DNA of 64,000 bases from Lama guanicoe (Eukaryota). Shown here piece by piece: positions 25,000 to 37,965 of the stretch. The notes under the pieces are model-generated. The model saw only the letters and a program-made list of their open reading frames with translations. It was not told where the DNA came from and did no database searches. A program made the position numbers and the translations under genes. Location of the stretch: positions 2,791,104-2,855,103 of the forward strand of contig MU054098.1 of the NCBI GenBank assembly GCA_013239625.1, read 5' to 3'. Position 1 is the first letter of the stretch, and each line of letters opens with the position of its first letter.

Positions 25000-25320
25000 A
25001 AGTGGCTCCAGGGCATCCCTGCAGCAGGAGACCGCACTCACGGGACCCAGGGCGACCCCAACGTCTACCTACGAGGCAGCCAGGGCACCAAATCCCAAAG
25101 CGGAAAGAGGCGACTGGGATGTGGACCCCTTTGTCTCCCCACACCCCAGGGCGGCTCAGCCTCCACCGCGGGGACCCACACCCTCATTTCTGCCCCTCAT
25201 ACCTAAGGGTGAAACCTGCTCCCCTCGCCAACCCGCTTCTGTCGCCGTTAAAAGGTTGCCACAGTCGCCACATTGACGTCACGTTTCTATGGCAACCGCC
25301 CCGCGCCGGCAGATTCTCAC
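25000..25320. promoter_or_regulatory. Small CpG-rich orphan promoter with CRE, RFX X-box and GC box
   Basis: TGACGTCA at 25274-25281, GTTTCTATGGCAAC at 25283-25296 and CCGCCC at 25296-25301, in a locally CpG-rich segment. Confidence 0.7.
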
Positions 25321-25727
25321 CTGGATAAATACCTCCACACACTCCTCCAGCCCCGGGTCTTTAACTTAATGCAAAACACCTTAGCGCTTCAGGCTGCCCC
25401 TAGAGAAAACAGACGAATTAGAGGCACTAGACTGGGACCCCGGGAACTGGCGAAATCTGTCCACTTTGGTGGGAGAAAACATGTGCCTGTCGTCAAGAAT
25501 TATGTTTGCTTTAAAGAGAGAGTAGGGGGTGTATTATCAGAACACAGAGACCCAGGGAGGTATCCTAGGCTTCTAGATGAGCGGACCTTCTTCTCAGGGC
25601 AAACTTGTAAAATCACAGGCCAAGCTAAGCAGTTAGCCATCTGTGGCAGAGAAATAAAAGAATGTCTATAGTCATGTGACCGAATGATCTAGATACATAT
25701 GTGAAAATGTCATTTAAGAAATCTCAG

Positions 25728-25935
25728 GAAGGAGGGTATAGCTCAAGTGGTAGAGCACATGCTTAGCATGCAGGAGGTCCTGGGTTCAATCCCCAGTACC
25801 TCCTCTAAAAATACATAAATAGATAAACCTGATTACTGCCCCCTCCCAGAAAAAAAAAAGCAGCTTGACTGAGATATAATTCACATACCACACAATGTTC
25901 CATTTAGGCAATTCAATGTTTTTAAAATTAAAAAA
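25728..25935 (+). mobile_element. tRNA-derived SINE (Vic-1-like) with extra 3' sequence
   Basis: Head ggagggtatagctcaagtggtagagc...ggttcaatcccc and TSD aagaaatctcag at 25716-25727 and 25936-25947. Confidence 0.9.
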
Positions 25936-26629
25936 AAGAAATCTCAGAGTTATTTCAGGGAGGCAGACCTAAAATATCAGTCATTTAGTAGGCAGAAACT
26001 TAGGTCAGTTGAACCATACATTGGTTTTTCCTAAGGAATTCTCAGCCTCCATGCCAGATATTTTCTTCCACATGGAGGGACTTTAACAATCAAACCCATG
26101 TAACCTCTTTATACACCCACTCCTCTATCAAGAGAATCACTCACTTGATGAGTGAGGTTGGAGGAACAAATAGGTTGTTTAGCGCAGACCCTCTCCCTTC
26201 CAAGCTCTGGAAGCAAGCTGCCTTATGGAGCATGTTTGCTCTGCCCTCAGGGGTGGGTCAACAAGTAGATCCACAGCTCTTGCCACTTTTCTGTGTCTTG
26301 CTGGCTCCCAAATTATTCCAATGGTCTTGCTCCAAAATACTTGAGTCTTTAAGGGGCCCCCAAATACACCCCTTCTCCACATCTTCACTCTAAACCAACT
26401 CAGAAATCTGAAAAATAAAGAGAAAAATACTTTATTCCTTTTGAAGGTGATATTGAAGAATGTGGCTTAGATTTCCCACAAGGTAAGTGGGCTTCTTAGT
26501 AATAAACCCCACAACTTGCTCCTTCCTCTGCCACAGGGGACATTTATGACAGGACTGGGGCAGAAACTGTCTGAAGCCAGTGTTTCTTCTATCCTTTGTG
26601 AGAACTTACGGATTTATATAAAACCTATG

Positions 26630-27600
26630 GACTTAGATTATCAGAATGGATTTAGAAAACAACAAAAAATGGCCCAACTATATATTGTCTACTAGAAACT
26701 CACTTCAAATATAATGATACAGGTAGCTTAAGAGTAAAACGATGAATGAAGATGCACCATGCAAACACTGGTCAGTAGAAACTGGGACAATCAGACAATG
26801 TAGACTTGAAAGCAAATACAATTACCTGGGATAAAAAGGATCAGTCAATTCACCAGGAAGATATAATAATTTAAAGTATCTATTATATCTAACAACAGAG
26901 CCTTATAATACATAAAGTAAAACTGACAGAACTGAAAGGGGACTAGACAAATCCACAATTATCATTGGAGTCTTTAACATTCCTCTCTCAGGAATAGACT
27001 GAATTAACAGACAAAAAATCATCAAGGTTACAGAAGAACTGAGCACCATCAACCAACTGGATCTAATTGACATTTATAGAACACTCCACCCCAAGAGCAG
27101 AATACATGCTCTTTTCAAATGCATATGGAACATTCAGCAAGATGGACTATATCCTGGGTCATAAAACAAATCTTAACAAATTTAAAAACCGAAACCAAAC
27201 AGAATGTGTTATCGACAATAATGGAATATAACTCTAGAAATCAATAATACAAAGATGACAGGAAAATCTCCAAGATCTTGGAAACTGAACAACATATATC
27301 TAATTAGTTCATGGGTCAAAGAGGAAGTCTCAGGGAAATCAAAAATACACAGAACAGAACTAAAATGAAAATACAAAATGAAAACCTACAGTTATCAAAA
27401 TTTGGGGGTCAGAAAGCAAATAGGTGAGGAGAATGGGTTGACTACAAAAAGCACAGACTTTTTTGGAATAATGAAATTCTTGTATATCTTGGTTATGGTG
27501 TGGCTATACAACTGTATGCATCGTTCAAGACTTACAGAAATGTACACTAATAGGAATGAATTTTATTTTCTCTAAATCGTACCTTAATGAAAATTATTTT
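26630..27600 (+). mobile_element. Decayed L1 (ORF2 endonuclease region plus a 3' fragment)
   Basis: 'gaaactcacttcaaatataatgatacagg...gatctaattgacatttatagaacactccaccc...tcctgggtcataaaacaaatcttaacaaatttaaa'. Confidence 0.8.
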
Positions 27601-30600
27601 AAAAGTATGCATTTTGTTAAATGAAGAACATAAGTAGCAGATCAGTGTTATTCTGCAATTTCAATTTCATGTCTAAAAAAGAAATCAGTTGACAAGTAGA
27701 CCAAAGGGTCTATTTATGAATGTGTATTACAATATGCATAGAAAAATGTATGCAAAGTACAAAGAACAGGCTAGCAGTGGTTACCTCTGGGGAGTGGGAT
27801 GGGAGAATATTGATCAGAAAAGAGACTTTCACTTTGTCCAGCTGTGAGGCATTTTAAACCACACATAAATTATTTATATTTATAATTCATTATGAAACAG
27901 TATATATGGAAGATATTCTGATAAGCAGTGAGGGTACTGAGGAGAATAAAAATGATATCAATAAACACATAAAACATATTTGTCTAAATCTTTGTTCTTC
28001 TAAAATTAATGTAGGAATGAAAATTAGCTCCATATGGTTTATGATCTAAAAATGCAAAAAATAAAATCACATTCAGCAGATACAGCTGAAAATTTAAATA
28101 AATCTGATCTGTGTTCCTTCTGAATTACAGTTCCTTAAGGGAAAATGTTCCTCCCTGGGTGAATAATAGCAGTATCTTTTAAGAATATCAAATGATCAGG
28201 AACCGTGACTAGGTATGATTATAAAAGGGAAAATGTTATGGGGGAATATGAGCCTCTTGTCATGAACAAAGGAAGAGGGATGATGTGTCTCAGTGACTTT
28301 TGTCCTCCCTTAGCAGGACCTATAGGCTGGCCTGAATCCCATGAAGGATTAGCTGCCCCCCTTAACCCTCTTTACCTCATGCAATATATTCACTGGGGTG
28401 GGGAATCCAGAGTCTTACCCACCTGCCCAAGGCCTGTCACAGGTCCTCATCACCAGCAGCACCAGCCCAACATCAGGTTTCCATAGTAACAAGGGCAGGG
28501 TGCTGTTAACACCCTGACAACTCAGCAATGGAGGCTCCATCCATCCACAGGCTGCTCTTCATGTCTGCTCTGCTCTGTTTGCAGGGAAGGGCAGTATTTC
28601 TACTCTGAGTCCAACACCTTCCCGGTTGCCAAAAGCCAGCGGGCTCACACCTGTTTACAAACTCTCCGGTGCTTTGCTAGAGCTCTGCAGGTAAACTGCA
28701 AACTCCTGACCATGGTGTAGAGAGCCCTGGGTGTCCTGGCCCCTGCCTTCTTCACTAGCCCTATCTGGGGTCACTCCCTCTTTCACACTCACTCTGCTAT
28801 GGTGGCCTCACTCCACTCCAAAAGGGCCAAGCTACTTCCCACCCCAGGTCCTCTGCACATGCTGCTCCTCCTGCTTGGGAGTCTCTCCCACCCTAACTCT
28901 CTGCTTTTCACACTTCAAGTTACCTTTCAAATGTAATTTCTCAGAGAGGATTTCTGTGCCTCTTTACCGTCTAAATTAGAGCCCCAACACAGTTCTCTTT
29001 CCTAGGATGCTGGACTTTGCCCCATGAAAGCCACTTGAGCATAAGTGCTTGATACAAAGGGAGAAATGCAAGTGAAGCTGACGGCACAGTGCCTGGAAAC
29101 ATGGTAAGTACTGAATCTAGTTATCATACCCTCATTGACTTGGCTCCCTGGTGTTCTCTTTGGTAGCTGTGGGGAGGAGAGAGAAAGGACTCACCCAAGG
29201 TCTTGTCAACAGTGAGGGCTCAGGCACAAGACCTGGGCAGCACTTCTGACTCCTGTTCCACTGTCCCTCCCTGCCAATTCACAGTCACCAAATGCTTCAT
29301 CTTTCTGGCGATCCAAGGTTCCAGACTCCCAGCTCTTGTACTCGCCTGAATTGAACCTACTGAACCCAAAAAGGCCAGAGCAGACATAATCATTCAATAG
29401 GAAAGACTAAATATTTTTCTCCCTCCCCACTTCATTGGACAACTTATTCTATAGTATCCTTTATTACAGAAATAGCCCTGAATCTGTTACATGGGGGTAC
29501 ATGGGTATATTTGTTTTTCTTCTTTTAACATTTCCAAAATGCTAACACATAGTGATGATCTTGAAGTTAAAATAAAATCTCTCTTAAAGAAGGGAAAAGA
29601 TGGAATGGGAAGAAACAAACTGCTGCCAGTCTGTATGCTCCAGATATTCTGCTTGGTATCAGAATATCCTTTTACAGATTATAAGAGTGAGGCTCAGCGA
29701 GGTTAAGTACATGTTCCAGGGTCACACAGATGCTACAAAAAAGAGCTGCTATCATAATCCCCACATGCTTGACCCAAAGGCCTGTGTTTGGAACCAGGCA
29801 CTCAGCCTCCTCTTCAGGTGTACAACGTAGAACAGCGGGAACTCCCATACTCAACTGGTTGGATTATGACGTGGCACATCGCCTCTGCAGAGCAATTTAG
29901 TCACGTCTAGTGGACTGTACCTATCTGGTGACACCTCAGAACCCACAGGTACATACCCAGAACCCCTGGCAGCTGTGCCCAAGGAGACCTGTACAAAAAA
30001 GGCCTTTGCACTACTCTAATAGCACAAAATTTGAAAACAACTCAAACATCCATCAGCAGATTATTCTTGATAAATAAATCATGGTACAATTATACAGCAA
30101 AATACAATATACCAGGCAAAATTTATGACCTAGAATGACAGCAATTAAAATGTAGATGAATCTCAGAAACAAAATGTGTGATGAAAATTGAAATTTATAC
30201 AATGAGACCTAGTTAAGTCCATGTATATATACTGGTAAAGACTTTCCTATTAAGTTTTATTAAAATACAGATGTTTAGGACATACTGCAGACTTAATGAA
30301 CCTCTTAATTTGATGTTCCCTTGATATATATTCTTACTGAATGCTTGATATGTTCATGACATATTATGTACATTATGTCCCTGGGTTATTACAAGTTATA
30401 TCTTGAGATTTGTTCCTTTATAAAAATTATGTTTATCTATTATTTGTAAAGCAGATATAATGTTCACTGTTTTATTGAAATATGGGTAATAACGATCCTA
30501 ATACACATTGTGTCTAGAACTTTATGGATTGGCTTTATTATCACTATTTTGCATGCCACAGAAACATTTCCTTGTCAATTGCATTATTCTTGTAAGCTCA

Positions 30601-30667
30601 TCAGCTCCTTCACTTTAGAAAATTACTGTCAATAAATAACCACAGCCTCTGTTATCCACTCCAATTC

Positions 30668-30668
<1 letters not shown>

Positions 30669-30698
<30 letters not shown>

Positions 30699-30823
30699 TT
30701 TTTGTGGGGAGAGGTAATTAAGTCTATTTATTTATTTATTTTTAGAGGAGATACCGTGAATTGAACCCAGGACCTCATGCATGCTAAGCATGCACTCTAC
30801 CACTTGAGCTATACCCTCCCCAC
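30669..30823 (-). mobile_element. tRNA-derived SINE (Vic-1-like)
   Basis: Reverse complement of the SINE head at ~30750-30821, a (TTTA)n tail, and flanking repeat actccaattct at 30658-30668 and 30828-30838. Confidence 0.9.
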
Positions 30824-30829
30824 CAAAAC

Positions 30830-31635
30830 TCCAATTCTGACACCAATTCCGAAGTGTTTTTTTCCACACCACCAAGCAATCATCCAGCACCAGCTGGATG
30901 TGCTACAATTCAATTCAGTTCTGACACTATCTACCTGGAGATAGCATCAGATGCCACAGGTTAAGCTCTCAGTCCCACAAGTTTGCCGCCTCCACCACAT
31001 ACACATACACACACACTTCAGACACCAATCGCAAGTCCAGATCATCACCTGTGCTTCTGACCAACCAGTTATAGGTTGAAGGTTCCAACAACCCCCTTTT
31101 GGGGTTTAATTTCCTAGAGTGGCTCACAGAACTCAGGAAAACATTTCACTTACCAGATTACCAGTTTATTATAACCAGTACAACCAGATGGAAAAGATGC
31201 ATAGGGGAAGGTATGAGGAAAAGGACAAGGAGCTTCCATGCCCTCTCCCAGCCCGCCAGTCTCCTGGACTCTCCACATGTTCACCAACCCAGAAGCTCTT
31301 CAAACCTGGTCCTTTGAGGTTTTATAGATTCTTCATTACAGAGGCATGATTGATTAAATCATTTGGCCATTGATGATTGAGCTCGATCTCTAGCCCCTCT
31401 CCCCTCCCTGGAGGTGGGGGAGGGGAGGGACTGAAAGTTCCAACCATTTAATCAAAGGATTGGTCCCCCTGGCATCCAGCTCATTCGATGGTTACCAAGC
31501 AGCTCCCTAAGTCATCTCATTAACATAACAAAAGGTACCTTTATTGCTCTCCTCACTTTGGAAATTCCAAGAATTTGAGGAGCTCTGTGTCACAAAGATC
31601 GAATATATTTTTAAATTATAAGTCATAATATCATA
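30830..31635 (-). mobile_element. MER21-like LTR
   Basis: 'acaccaccaagcaat...caccagctggatgtgctacaattcaattcagttctgacactatctacctggagatagcatcaga...ggaaattccaagaatttgaggagctctgtg'. It is an inverted relative of the element at 61864-62730. Confidence 0.75.
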
Positions 31636-32227
31636 TCTACAAAAAGCTTTTGTTTTACTCTGATGCTTGTCTGAAGACCCTGAAATCAACTACAGGCCAG
31701 AGTTTGTGTTTTCAAGAAAGGACTGTCCCCAGGTCCTGTGGAGATGGATGTCAACAAAAACATAGGATGACCGAGTTGGCTAGTGAAGAAAACAATGAGC
31801 CCTTTTTAGATTCAGACAGTGCATTATTTACGTAGACACGAAAAGGATGAGTAGCCATCCTTTGTCCCTTGCACTGGGAAAAACAAAAGAGGCCCCGATG
31901 ACTGGAACATGGATGATAGGACACCCAGTGTCTGAGGAATCAATGCTGTGCTGCGTCTAAATTTTATAGCCTATAGCTGCTCGCCAAAGGAGAGAGGTAG
32001 ATGGACACACGTCAGCAGAATCCAGAACAAAACAAGCAGCTTTCCTGATGACCTCCTGCTAGATGGCCAGGGGCAGGTGGTGGCCAAGTGGGAAATATTG
32101 TAGCAGTAACAGCTGCTCAGAAGCCCACCACGCTCTCATTCTCTGGGAAAACCAAAAGGCATTCTTTGAAGACTGAGAACAGTGGTTCAAGCCTTGCTGA
32201 TATGGCCAGTGTGGATACATGCAAAAT

Positions 32228-32785
32228 TGTTAGGGTGCTGGAAAGTGTTGGGAGACACATGGAGGGCTGCTGTCGTGGGTTGGTAAAAGAATTTACCAGA
32301 AACCAAGAGGAGTTTAAGAACAAAGGAAAAATTTAATAGTTACACTGCTATAAGCAACAGTGGGCCACACAGGCAAGGTGCCTGCATGTCCACCGAGGGT
32401 GAATGTGCAGGGTCTTTTATTGAGAAAGGGGCTGTGAACACAGAGGGATAGGGGAACAGATTTCTGATTGGCTATCAGTGAGGTAAGGGGCTTTCGTATA
32501 TGGGAGGATAGTCGATTTAGGACTCCAGTAAGACGGAGACATGAGCTGACACAAGCAAGGCAGTGGAATTTATGATTACGATAAGGAGACACGGGCTGAG
32601 ACAAGTCAGCCTGAGCTACAGTGAGGCTAGTCATTTCCCAGGGCAGTTAATTCTGCTAAGGCCAACACCTGTCAGGAGTTTATCTTCCGAAGAGGAGCAG
32701 GCAGACACGTAAGGGCTGGGAGTCTGGGGGGCACAGGGCCTTGGCAGGCATGAGTTGTCACTGCAGAAAGAAGCTGTTTCCCCAA
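32228..32785 (-). mobile_element. Probable solo LTR inserted in older ERV debris
   Basis: On the minus strand: CCAAT (~32467-32471), TATA-like (~32416-32421) and ATTAAA (~32332-32337), ending in ...ctaaca. Family not recognised. Confidence 0.5.
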
Positions 32786-33350
32786 AAAGGACTGAGCTAT
32801 GTATTTCAGCTTATTGACACTGGAAAGAGTACATTTGTAGATACCAGCCTTTAAAGTTCTTGCTTCAATAATTTAAAAACCATTATCAGTGGACTGAGTC
32901 ATGATTTCCAGAATGCTTTTTAGTTGACAGGCAGATGAGTTCATGAGCCTACTAACCCAATATCCTGATTATACAGGACTGAATGACCTGATGAGGGATG
33001 ACTGTAGTTTTTCTTCAGAATATTGTTGCTGCAGCTTAATCTTCCACGTTCTGGATATGTAATGTGGCCCTATGTCTTTCTTACACTATCTATAATCTGT
33101 AACAATTTAGTAGATGCTGCATTTGTAAACTGAAATGAAACATTTGTAAATGACTGTTTTTCTCACTGATTCCCAGCCTTCTGTAGAACTTACAAACTCT
33201 CATTGGGTCTTCTTACGTTTCATGTCAATATTATGATTTGTACAGGTTCAATAAGAATCTGTCCTCCTTCCTACAAGGATATAATTGGAAACTTTAGTTA
33301 CACAATTAAGGTCTTATCAGAAATGTCATATTAGAGAATGATGTTCATTT

Positions 33351-33779
33351 TGTGAAAGAAAATAAAAAAGGAGTCGGTATTGCTAGAACTTCCTACCAAT
33401 GCAGCCAGGAGGCCACTGAGAAAGTGTGACTTATGCACCTCTCAGCCCTGATAGAATCTGATCTTCTGACCACTTGTTATCCTAATGCAGGCATCCAGAA
33501 CATCTGTCCAGTGCTCAGAACTCAAGATACTTATCATACCCTTACCCTAAAACAACCTGTGATGGCCATTCCTTAAGGACAAATATTTCCTTTCTTGTGT
33601 CAGAGTACAGCCTTGTGGCTTTTGCCTTTATAAGTCCAATTCTGTCTCTTCCCCAGAATACTTTTTGGTTTTACCTGAATCTGTGTTTCACAAATCACAA
33701 TTCCTAAGACCCCAAATAAACTCTTTTCTTATTTGCAGACTTCTGCTTTTTTGGGGGTGGGGTGGGAGGTGGATCAACA
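33351..33779 (+). mobile_element. ERV1-type solo LTR
   Basis: TG...CA termini, TATA-like tttataag at ~33627, AATAAA at ~33715 and a 4-bp TSD ATTT on both sides. It sits in MER4-group-like internal sequence (~33040-34050). Confidence 0.75.
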
Positions 33780-34064
33780 ATTTAATCAGTACGACCAGCT
33801 ACAGTTAGAGAATTAAGGCTGATGGTAGGGAGCGACTGCAGAAAACTGGCCTGATACTTGGCTTACAGAATCTTCAGCATTACAGGTGAGAAAGGAAGGG
33901 CACTTACTGGCAGGCCAGGAACTCTGAGATAGGTTGCTAACTTTAAAAAAAAAGAATTCACCCAATTTATACATACTGCAGGTAAATTCTGGTGGAGAGA
34001 ATTTCTTGGCTTTCCTTCCTAGCTTCAGGACAAGCAAATAAGAGACTTCTAAAAGTTCAATGTG

Positions 34065-37000
34065 AAAAATGCACAGCTATCACCACACTTAACAGTGAAA
34101 GACTAAAAGCTTTTCCTCTAAGATCAGGAGCAAGACAAGGATGCCCACTTTGGCCATTTCTATTCAATACAGTACTGGAAGTTCTATCCAGAGCAATAAC
34201 GTTAGGAAAACAAATTAAAAGCATCCAAATTAGAAAGGAAGAAGCAAAATATCTCTGTTTACAAATGACATGATCTAATATGCAGAAAAACTTAGAGATT
34301 CCACAAAGAACTGTTAGAATTAATAAACTAGTTCAGCAAAGTTGTAAGATACAAAATGAACATGCAAAAACAGTTGCATTTTTATATACCAGCAAAGAAC
34401 AATTCAAAAAGGAAATGAAAACATTTCCATTTACAATAGCATCAAAAAGAACAATATACTTAGAAATAAATAACCAAGGAGGCAAAACACTTGCACTTTA
34501 AAAACTACACACAAAAACTAATAAAACTGATAAACAAAGTCAGCAAGGTAGCAAGATACAAGATTAATACAGAAATATGTTGCATTTCTTTACACTAAAA
34601 ATGTAATATCAGGAAGAGAAGGTGAAAAAAATCCCTTTTGAAATCATATCAAAAAATAAAATATCTAGGAAAAAACCTGACCAAGTAGGTGAAAGATGTA
34701 TATGTTGAGAACTATAAAATATTGATAAAGGAAATTGAAGATGATTCAAAGAAATGGAAATATATCCCATGTTCTTGGATTGGTAGAATTAATATTGTCA
34801 AAATGGCCATGCTGCTGAAAGCAGTCTATAGATTTAATGTGATCCCTATCAAATTATCCATGACATTTTTCACAGAACTAAAACAAATAATCCTAAAATT
34901 TATATGGAACCACAAAAGACTCAAATTTGCCAAAGAGATTCTGAGGAAAAAGAACAAAGCTGGGGGCATAACCCTCCCAGGCTTCAAACAATGCTGCAAC
35001 ACTACAGTAATCAAAACAGCATGGTATCAGCATAAAAACAGTCATGTGGATCAAAAGAACACAATCAACAGCCCAGAAATAAAACCACACGCCTACAGTC
35101 AATTAATCTTCGACAAAGGAGGCAAGAATATACAGTGAAGAAGAGACAGTCTCTTCAGCAAGCAGAATTGGGAAAGCTGGACAGCTGCATGTAAATCCAT
35201 GAAATTACAATACTCCCTTACACCATACACAAAAATAAACTCAAAATGGATCAAAGACTTAAGTATAAGACATGACACCTTAAAATTCCTAAAAGAGAAC
35301 ATGGGCAAAATATTCTCCAGTATAAATCATAGCAATGTTTTCCTAGCTTAGTCTCCCAAGGCAAAAGAAATAAAAGTAAAAACAAACAAATGGGATCTAA
35401 TCAAACTCATAAGGTTTTGCACAGCAAAAGAAACCATAAACAAAACAAAAGGACAACCTATGGACTAGGAGAAAATATTTACAAACGATCCAACCAACAA
35501 GGGATTAATTTGCAAAACAAAAACAGCTCATATAGCTCAATATCAAAAAAACCCCAAATAATCTAATCAAAAGTGGGCAGAAGACCTAAGTAGACATTTC
35601 TCCAAAGACGTACAGATGGCCAACAGGTACATGAAAAGATGCTCAGCATTGCTAATTATTAGAGAAATGCAAATCAAAACTACAATGACGTATCACCTTA
35701 CACCAGTCAGAATGGCAATCATCAAAAAATCTACAAATAATAAATGCTGGAGAGGGTGTGGAGAAAAGGGAACCCTTCTCCACTGTTGGTGGGAATGTAA
35801 ATTGGTGCAGCTACTATGGAGAACAGTACGGAGGTTTCTTTAAAAGCTAAAAATAGAGTTACCATATGATCCAGCAATCCCACTCCTGAGCATATATCCA
35901 GAAATGATGAAAATTATAATTTGAAAAGATACATGCACCCCAATGTTCATAGCAGGACTATTTACAATAGCCAAGATATGGAAGCAACCTAAGTGTCCAT
36001 CAACAGATGAATGGAGAAAGAAGATGTGGTGTATATATATATATATTACATATAACTGAATATTACTCAGCCATAATAAATAATGAAATATTGTTATTTG
36101 CAGCAACATGGATGCACCTAGAGATTATCATACTAATTGAAATAAGTCAGAAAGAGAAAGACAAATATCATATGATATCACTTATATGTGGAATCTAAAA
36201 AATAACACAATGAATTTATTGACAAAACAGAAATAGATTCACAGACATAGAAAACATATTTGTGTTTACCGAAGGGGAATGCGGGAGAGGGATAAATTCA
36301 GAGTATGGGATTAATAGATACATACTACTATATATAAAAGAGATAAATAAGGACTTACTGTATAGCACATGGAACTAAATTCAATATCTTGTAATAACCT
36401 ATAATAGAAAAAAACCTGAAATACACACACACACACACACACATATGCATAACTGAATCACTTTGCTGTACACCTGAACCTAACAGGATATTTTAAGTCA
36501 ACTATTCTTCAATAAAAATAAAATCCTGCAAAATGTTGCTGAAAGAAATGAAGGAAGACAGAAATAAATGGAAGGACATCCTGTGTTCATGGATTTGAAG
36601 ACTTAATATTGTTAAGATGTCTATACTACCTGAAACGATCTATAGATTCAAAGCAATCCCTATCAAAATCCCAATGGTATTTTTTGCAGAAATGGAAAAA
36701 TCCATCCTAAAATCCATATGGAATATCAACGGACCCTGATGAAACAAAACGATCTAGAAAAAGAACAAAGTTGGAGGTCTTCAAATTTCCTGATTTCAAA
36801 ATTAACTACAAAGCTACAATAATCAAAACTATGTGGTATGAGCATAAAGACAGACATGTAGACCAAGGGAATACAATAGAGAACCAAAAACTAAACCCTC
36901 ATATGTATGATCAATTGATTTTTTTGATGGTGCCAAGACATTCAGTGGGAAAAGAATAGTTTTCTCAACAAATGGTGCTGGGGAAACTGGATATCCATAT

Positions 37001-37395
37001 GCAAAAGAATGAAGTTGGGCCTCTACTTAAACTATATACTAAAATTAACTCAAAATGGATTTAAGACCCAAATGTAAAACTTGAAATTACAAAACTCCCA
37101 GGAGAATACATAGGAGAATATTTTCAGGACATTGGATTTGGCAATGAATTCTTGGATATGACACTGAAAGCACAGGGGGAAAAAAAACAAAAACAGCCAA
37201 ATGGGACTACATCAAACTTTAAAACTTCTATCAAGCAAAGAATACAATCAACAGAGTGAAAAGGCAACATACTGAATGGGAGAAAATATTAGTAAACCAT
37301 ATATCTGATAAGGGGTTGACAGCCAGAATATCTAAAGAACTCATATAACTCAACAACAACATAAAATAGCCAGATTTTAAAATGGGCAAAGGACC
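34065..37395 (+). mobile_element. Older L1 ORF2 (RT and C-terminal region), split by a nested L1
   Basis: 'LKAFPLRSGARQGCPLWPFLFNTVLEVL' (L1 RT) in ORF 33992-34273. It breaks at ~34508 and resumes at ~36524 'caaaatgttgctgaaagaaatgaaggaagac'. Confidence 0.85.
34509..36523 (+). mobile_element. Younger 5'-truncated L1 (cetartiodactyl type) nested in the older L1
   Basis: ORFs 34689-35138, 35616-35843 and 36007-36198 are L1 ORF2 pieces ([48 protein letters not shown]). A complete 3' UTR ends cttcaataaaaataaaa. Confidence 0.9.
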
Positions 37396-37965
37396 TAAGT
37401 ATCCATTTATAGATGACTAGATAAAGAAAATGTTGTATATGTATATAATGGAACATTATTCAGCTATAGAAAAGAATAAAATCTTGCCATTTGCAACAAC
37501 GTGGATGAACCTTATGGGCATTATGCTAAGTGAAGTAAGTCAGATAGAGAAAGACGAATACAATACTTTTTATAGGATCAAAAAAACCCTTTTATATAGA
37601 ATCAAAAAAAAACACCTAGCTTAGATACAGGGAATAGATTGGTGGTTGCCAGAAGTGGCAGGTGGGAGGTGGGTAAAGTGTGTGAAGGGAGTCAAAAGTA
37701 TAAACTTCCAGTTATAAAATAAATAAATCATGGGGATGTAATGTACAGCATGGTGACTAGAGTTAATAATACTCTATTGCATATTTGAAAGTTGCTATTA
37801 GTTCTTAAAAGTTCTCGTCAGAAGAAAAAAAATTCTGTATATATATGTTGACAGATGTTAAGTTGATGTAGTGATCAGTTCACAATATATACAAATATTG
37901 AGTCATTATGTGCACTTGAAACTAAAATATAATGTTATATTTCAATTATACCTCAATAAAAAAGA
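37396..37965 (+). mobile_element. L1 3' end (L1MA-like)
   Basis: 'ttgccatttgcaacaacgtggatgaacc...aatgtacagcatggtgact...caattatacctcaataaaaaa'. Confidence 0.8.

Noticed and set aside
33992..36198. Possible active reverse transcriptase gene
   Set aside because: These are fragmented L1 ORF2 pieces with many stops and frameshifts, 5'-truncated.
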